Virus record (IMG/VR): IMGVR_UViG_3300001918_000035
Location: 1 to 50,625 of that record
Source of the DNA: a virus
Lineage: Duplodnaviria; Caudoviricetes
Length of the DNA: 50,625 nt
Reading direction: 5' to 3' (one strand)
Below the pieces are notes generated by a model, which saw only the letters and a list, made by a program, of their open reading frames with translations, did no database searches and had not been told where the DNA came from. The position numbers and the translations under genes were made by a program. The number at the start of each line of letters is the position of its first letter. Position 1 is the stretch's first letter. Shown one piece after another: positions 46,102 to 50,625 of the stretch.

Positions 46102-46505
46102 GCCGGCACCACCGGGCCGGAGCTTTCCAGGCTCAGCGCATAGCTGCGCTCGCCGTTGAAATCGCCGGCATAGTCGAGGCGGGACACGAGGAAGCGGCCG
46201 CGCATCCGCTCGCCGCTCTCGAAGCTCAGCTCGAAATCGTCGATCGCGCCCGCCAGCGCATGGGCCCGCAGCCGCGCTTCGGCGGCCGATCCGGTGAACA
46301 CGCCGGCGCCCGAGACCGAGACCGAGCGGATGCCGGCCCCGGCGAGCAGCTCCCGCCAGCCGCCCGAGCCCTTGTTCGTCACCACGACGGCTTCGCCGTT
46401 CACCGACATCTGCGTCGTCCGCAGCCCCGCCACCGTCGCATAGGCGGGCGGGCTCGCCCCGTCGCCGATCTTCAGCAGAAAGGCGCTTCCTCGTTCCATT
46501 GCCAT
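46098..46505 (-). CDS. major tail tube protein, TP901-1 family (GTA g9)
   Basis: G.AFLLKI..G...TVAGLR, GGWRELL.GAG.RS.SVSG.GVF, LDYAG..NGE. Confidence 0.92.
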   Translation of the reverse strand: MAMERGSAFLLKIGDGASPPAYATVAGLRTTQMSVNGEAVVVTNKGSGGWRELLAGAGIRSVSVSGAGVFTGSAAEARLRAHALAGAIDDFELSFESGERMRGRFLVSRLDYAGDFNGERSYALSLESSGPVVPA

Positions 46506-46518
46506 CGCACCTGCTCCC

Positions 46519-46911
46519 TCAGTCTTCGATCGCCCGCACCCTGAGATCGACGGCGCCGATCCAGCCCGGGCCGTCGCGGCCGCTGCGGCTGCGCACGAAA
46601 GTGGCGCCGCCGAGCTGCCAGCCGGGCAGCGTCCGCGGCAGCGCGGCCGCGGCCCGGACGATGCCGTCCATCAGCCGGCGCAGCCGCGCCGGATCGGGGC
46701 CGACGTCGCGCACGGTCGCGCCCAGCCGCAGCTCGCGGCCCTGCCGGTCCTGGAGCGACCAGTCGGCGGCGATCACGTCGCCGATCTCGATCCAGGGCGG
46801 CGTCGCCCGCGGCGGCCGGCCGATGAACACGCCATGCGCTTCGCTCCGGACCGCCGGCTCGGCCGCGATCGCGGCCCGGAGCGCGTCCGCCACATGCTGT
46901 TCGACACTCAT
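46519..46911 (-). CDS. DUF3168 tail completion/terminator (GTA g8)
   Basis: PP.A..PW..IG.....DWS.....GRE; synteny. Confidence 0.8.
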   Translation of the reverse strand: MSVEQHVADALRAAIAAEPAVRSEAHGVFIGRPPRATPPWIEIGDVIAADWSLQDRQGRELRLGATVRDVGPDPARLRRLMDGIVRAAAALPRTLPGWQLGGATFVRSRSGRDGPGWIGAVDLRVRAIED

Positions 46912-47111
46912 CTCAGCAGCTCTCCGATCCAGCGCAGCCGCGCATCCTCGAACCAGCGGCGCCGGAGGCCACGGCCGCGGAGCCGCACCTCGCCGTCCGC
47001 CGCCTCGGCCGTGACGCCGGGGACGGCGATCGTGCGCGCCAGCCGCGCCGCCAGCGCCGCCGCGCGATCGGCGGCGCGCTGCCCGGCCCGGGCCTGAAGT
47101 CGTTCGAACAT
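46908..47111 (-). CDS. small hypothetical GTA protein (MFERLQARA...)
   Basis: TGATG coupling to the adaptor gene; V.L.GRGL.RRW..D.RLRW. Confidence 0.6.
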   Translation of the reverse strand: MFERLQARAGQRAADRAAALAARLARTIAVPGVTAEAADGEVRLRGRGLRRRWFEDARLRWIGELLR

Positions 47112-47659
47112 CAGGCGAGCCGCAGCCGCTGCCATGGCCGCCACAGCGCGGCGACGGCGGCCGGCGGCACCGCGGCGGCGGAGGCGTCGTCGCGATTGAC
47201 GAACAGATGCAGCGCCAGCCGCACCACGCCCTGGGCGACCGGCGGCGGCACCTGCGCCCAGCCGGATGCCAGCCCCGCCTCGTACCGCACCCGCACCCGC
47301 CCGGCGGCGCCGGGCTGCGTCACCCGCACCCAGCCGCCGCCGTCCGGCGCGATGTCGATGCCATAGGCCTCGACCGGCAGCGGAAAGACCGCGCCTTCGG
47401 CCGGGAGTCCGTCGACGCCGGCGATCGCCCGCACCGGGCGGGCGGCCAGGGCCGTCCAGGTCGCGGCCGCCCCGATCACTTCCTCGGCCCCGCGCGCGAT
47501 CAGCACCTGGCCGCAAAAGCTTTCGCACAGCAGCAGCGCGGTCGCGGCCAGGGCGTCGATCACCGGATCCTCATCCTCCTGCACGATCCGCGCAAATTGC
47601 TTGACCGCTTCCCGCGTCGCCGCGATTTCGGCCGCAGGCAGCTCCGCCAGCGTCACCAT
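47111..47659 (-). CDS. head-tail connector/adaptor (GTA g6)
   Basis: K.F.RI....ED......A...CESFCG..L, P..VAQGV.RL..HL, PPAAV.ALWRPW. Confidence 0.85.
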   Translation of the reverse strand: MVTLAELPAAEIAATREAVKQFARIVQEDEDPVIDALAATALLLCESFCGQVLIARGAEEVIGAAATWTALAARPVRAIAGVDGLPAEGAVFPLPVEAYGIDIAPDGGGWVRVTQPGAAGRVRVRYEAGLASGWAQVPPPVAQGVVRLALHLFVNRDDASAAAVPPAAVAALWRPWQRLRLA

Positions 47660-47713
47660 CAGCCTTGCCCTCCCTGCCCGGGCCTGGCGGCCCGGGCTTT
47701 CTGGTCCATCCGG

Positions 47714-48772
47714 TCACGCCGTCGCGAAGCGCATCAGCTTGATCGCCTCGCTGTTCGTCACCGCGCCGCCGACGCGCTTGACCGCGTAGAAATGGACGAA
47801 CGGCTTGTGGGAAAAGGGATCGCGCAGGATGGTGGTCTCGCGCCGCTCGGCGATCAGATAGCCGAGCCGGAAATTGCCGAAGGCGATGGCGAAGCTGTCC
47901 GCGGCGATGTCGGGCATGTCCTCCGCCTCGATCACCGGATAGCCGAGCAGCAGCGCCGGCTCGCCGTTCGCCAGCGCCGGCTGCCACAGGAACGCGCCGT
48001 CGCTGGTCTTGAACTTGCGGATGCGCGCCAGCGTCGCCGAGTTCATCACCCACGCCGCGCCCTGGCGATAGGGCGCGCGCAGCAGCTGCACCAGGTCGAT
48101 CAGCCGGTCGGCCGGGTTGCTTGCCGGAAAGCCGCCGGCGAGCCCGGAAGGCAGATATTGCAGCGCGCCGAACGGCCGCACCGCATCGTTCTGCGTGGTC
48201 GGCGTGCCGGTCAGAAAGCCGCGCGGCTTGTTGACGCCGTCGCCCAGGATGAAGGCGCTGCCCTCGGCGCGGGCGAATTCGGTGGCGATCTCGCCGGCCA
48301 GCCACGCTTCGACGTCGAACGCCGCATCGTCCAGCATCGCCTGGCTGGCCGCGGGATTGGCGTAAAGCTCGCCCATCGGCGGCGCGATCTCGCGAAAGTC
48401 CGGCGTGTCGGTCTCCGGCCGCGCCGCCACTTCGCTGACCCAGCCCGAGGGCGTCCCGCCCGTCGTAACCAGCTTGCGATAGCCGGCAGAGCCGACCTGA
48501 ACCACATTGGCGATCGACCGGATCGGCGAGATCGCCTTCAGCGTCGCATCGATCTGCGCGTCGATCTCGCGCGGGACGGCGAAGCCGCCATCGGCGCCGG
48601 TGGTCGCATCGAAGCTCTTGAGCTCGAGCTCCGACCCGCGGCGCAGATAGCCGTCGACGAAGGCGGATCGGCCGGCATCGGCACGGGCGCCGGCAAGCGC
48701 CGGGCGGTCGGGCGCCGGCATGGCGGCAGGGTCGGGCGCGGCCGAAGCGAAGCCGCTGGTCATCTCGTCCAT
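47714..48772 (-). CDS. HK97-family major capsid protein (GTA g5)
   Basis: AAGGAG RBS before MDEMT; DGGFAVP.EID, LYANPAASQAMLDD, GDGVNKPRGFL, LRDPFS.KPFV.FY..KRVGG. Confidence 0.93.
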   Translation of the reverse strand: MDEMTSGFASAAPDPAAMPAPDRPALAGARADAGRSAFVDGYLRRGSELELKSFDATTGADGGFAVPREIDAQIDATLKAISPIRSIANVVQVGSAGYRKLVTTGGTPSGWVSEVAARPETDTPDFREIAPPMGELYANPAASQAMLDDAAFDVEAWLAGEIATEFARAEGSAFILGDGVNKPRGFLTGTPTTQNDAVRPFGALQYLPSGLAGGFPASNPADRLIDLVQLLRAPYRQGAAWVMNSATLARIRKFKTSDGAFLWQPALANGEPALLLGYPVIEAEDMPDIAADSFAIAFGNFRLGYLIAERRETTILRDPFSHKPFVHFYAVKRVGGAVTNSEAIKLMRFATA

Positions 48773-49176
48773 TCCACTCTCCTTGCGGTCGGCGCCTCCG
48801 GGGTCGGAGGCGGGGTCAATCGGGGGTCGGCGGCGACGCGCGCCACGCGGGCCAGAGGCTGCATCGGCAGCCGCACCAGGCTCACTTCGACCAGTTCGAG
48901 CGCGATCAGCTCGCGGCCGATCGCCAGGCGCCGCGCCGCCTGCACGCGAAAGCCGATCGACAGGCCGAGACCGGGCCAGACCGGCCGGTCGCAAATGCCC
49001 GTCACCCACAGGCCGATGGCGTTTTCGCCCAGCGCCTCGATCGTGCCGGCGACGGCGCCATGCTCCCAGCACAGCGCGACCGGCCTCGGCCGCGGCCCGA
49101 AGGCGCCGCTGCGGATCACGTCGCCGCTGCGGTCGGCGCGGTCGAACAGCGCGGCATAGCCGGCGAACCGCGTCAC
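48760..49176 (-). CDS. HK97-family prohead protease (GTA g4)
   Basis: RFAGYAALFDRAD.SGD.I..GAF, GLSIGFR, LVEVSLV..PMQP.AR. Confidence 0.88.
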   Translation of the reverse strand: MTRFAGYAALFDRADRSGDVIRSGAFGPRPRPVALCWEHGAVAGTIEALGENAIGLWVTGICDRPVWPGLGLSIGFRVQAARRLAIGRELIALELVEVSLVRLPMQPLARVARVAADPRLTPPPTPEAPTARRVEWTR

Positions 49177-49481
49177 CGGAGATGCTCCACCAGCCCGGCG
49201 CGGACGGTCAGCCCGACCAGCAGCACCGCCAGCAGCAGCCGCACCGCCCAGCCGGCGACCGCCTTCACGGCCGAGCTTTTCACGTCCCGCCATGCGCGCA
49301 GCAGATCGCGCAGCTCGCGGACGTCGCGGCCGGCGAGGTCGTCGGCCAGGCCGAGATCGGCGAAGGCCCGGCGGGCGCCGAGCTGGCTCGCCTCTTCGAT
49401 CAGGCCGCGCAGCGTCGCCATCGGCGCGCCTTCCTCATGCGCCTGGGCGAGCAGCGCCGCGAGCAGCGTCTCGTTGGACAT
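49173..49481 (-). CDS. DUF6127-like GTA head protein (g3.5 equivalent)
   Basis: LIEEAS..GA.RA...LGL.D..A..D..ELRDLL.AWRD.K; C-terminal hydrophobic helix. Confidence 0.8.
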   Translation of the reverse strand: MSNETLLAALLAQAHEEGAPMATLRGLIEEASQLGARRAFADLGLADDLAGRDVRELRDLLRAWRDVKSSAVKAVAGWAVRLLLAVLLVGLTVRAGLVEHLR

Positions 49482-49530
49482 TCCTGCCCCTCTCAAAATC
49501 TTGGCGCCCCCGCGCCGCTGCGTCCGCGCC

Positions 49531-50625
49531 TCACAGGCCGACGACGCGGCGCTTCTCCTCGGCGGTCAGGAAATCGGCCTGGCTCGCCATCGCCCACACC
49601 CGCTCGCGATCCTCGGCCAGTTCCGGGATGCGGTCGAGCTCGACGCGCAGGACCGGATCGGGCCACCACCCGCCCAGCGCCTGGGTCAGGCCGGCCAGGA
49701 TCTTGGTGGCAAGCGGCAGGATGGTGAGCCGCCACAGCGCCCGGTTCGCTTCGCGGTAATTGGCGTAGGTCGCGTCGCCCGGCAGGCCGAGCAGCATCGG
49801 CGGCACGCCGAAGGCCAGGGCGATCTCGCGCGCGGCCGCCGCCTTCAGGCCGACAAAGTCCATGTCGGCCGGGCTGAGGCTCATCGCCTGCCAGCGCAGG
49901 CCGCCTTCCAGCAGCAGCGGGCGTCCGGCATTGCCGGCGCCCTGGAACTGCGTCTCCAGCTCGCCGCGCAACCGGTCGAACTGATCGGCGGACAAGGGCG
50001 CCGGCCCATCGGCGACCAGCGCGCCGGAGGGCCGCGCGGCATTGTCGAGCAGGGCCTTGTTCCAGCGGGTCGCCGCATTGTGGATCGCGATCGCGCCCGC
50101 AGCGGCGCCGAGGCAGCCGAGGCCGAGATGGTCGTCGAGCGGATGGAAGCCCTTCAGGTGGACGATCTGCGGCCGCGGCCCGGCGGCGTCGAACCGCTCG
50201 CAGATCTCCCCGACCCGGTAGAGATAGGTGGACGGCCAGCCGCGCGCATCCGCCTCGACCGCCACGCGCTCGGGCCGGAGCGCGAACAGCTCGGTCAGCG
50301 CGCCGCCCGGGTCGGTCAGCAGCCGCACGAACCCGTTGCCGTTCAGCATCAGGTGCGCGGCGACGGTTTCGAGCAGGCCCTGGCCGCCGGACTGGGCGGT
50401 CAGCAGGCGCAGCATCGCCGGATCGGACGCGGCGATCGGCGTCTGCCCCAGGCTCTCGCAGACCAGCCGCACCGCGCGCTGGGCGACGGGATTGGCCAGA
50501 TAGCCGTCCCGCACCTGCGCCTCATAGCCGCGCGGCCATTGTCCCGCCGCCGTCACCGGCGCGAAGCCGCGCGTCAGCGACGGGCGCGCGCTTGCCCGCG
50601 CCGCCTTTCGTCCGAACCATTGCAT
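49531..50625 (-). CDS. HK97-family portal protein (GTA g3)
   Basis: GY..NPVAQRAVRLV, WNKALLDNAARPSGAL, NAGRPLLLEGGL.W, REIALAFGVPPMLLG.PGD.TYANY.EANRA. Confidence 0.93.
   Translation of the reverse strand: MQWFGRKAARASARPSLTRGFAPVTAAGQWPRGYEAQVRDGYLANPVAQRAVRLVCESLGQTPIAASDPAMLRLLTAQSGGQGLLETVAAHLMLNGNGFVRLLTDPGGALTELFALRPERVAVEADARGWPSTYLYRVGEICERFDAAGPRPQIVHLKGFHPLDDHLGLGCLGAAAGAIAIHNAATRWNKALLDNAARPSGALVADGPAPLSADQFDRLRGELETQFQGAGNAGRPLLLEGGLRWQAMSLSPADMDFVGLKAAAAREIALAFGVPPMLLGLPGDATYANYREANRALWRLTILPLATKILAGLTQALGGWWPDPVLRVELDRIPELAEDRERVWAMASQADFLTAEEKRRVVGL

Larger units (their letters stand above)
39009..50625 (-). mobile_element. RcGTA-like gene transfer agent head-tail cluster (continues beyond window)
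   Basis: Order portal, DUF6127, protease, capsid, adaptor, DUF3168, TP901-type tube, gp10, gp10.1, short TMP, DUF2460, DUF2163, NlpC/P60, g15; very GC/Ala-rich; no replication genes in the part visible. Confidence 0.92.

Noticed and set aside
39009-50625. Second independent prophage
   Set aside because: Gene set, order, short tape measure and absence of replication or integration genes match an RcGTA-like element

Overview
GC-rich alphaproteobacterial DNA, most likely Sphingomonadaceae (PEPxxWA-CTERM gene, GapR homologue, sphingomonad-type GTA layout). Positions 1-39024 are a transposable (Mu-like) prophage with a siphovirus-type tail; its left end lies outside the window. The right end is visible as ...CACA at 39024 followed by ACCGC, which fits the Mu NYSRN target consensus, and it truncates the last (DUF2793) gene of an RcGTA-like gene transfer agent cluster at 39009-50625 on the minus strand. 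The regulatory and replication module (S24 repressor, Ner, DDE transposase, MuB-like ATPase, Gam, GemA, Mor/C-like activator) sits in the middle of the prophage. Protease, capsid and tail genes run leftward; terminase, portal, MuF and a giant fibre run rightward. Highlights: (i) a DUF935 portal with an inserted Acb1-like 2H phosphoesterase (candidate anti-CBASS) domain, next to a MuF protein fused to a PBECR2-like nuclease; (ii) a central accessory island with a soluble + 4-TM gene pair (candidate defence system), a DNA adenine methyltransferase behind a multi-stem RNA leader, a hidden 37-aa Arg-rich ORF inside a 5'/3'-paired RNA with an anti-SD, and a LexA-boxed small gene; (iii) a 7-2-7 palindrome upstream of four putative late units; (iv) a -1 frameshift in the tail chaperone and internal starts in the protease and GTA g12 genes. 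All family assignments come from motif recognition and synteny, not database searches.
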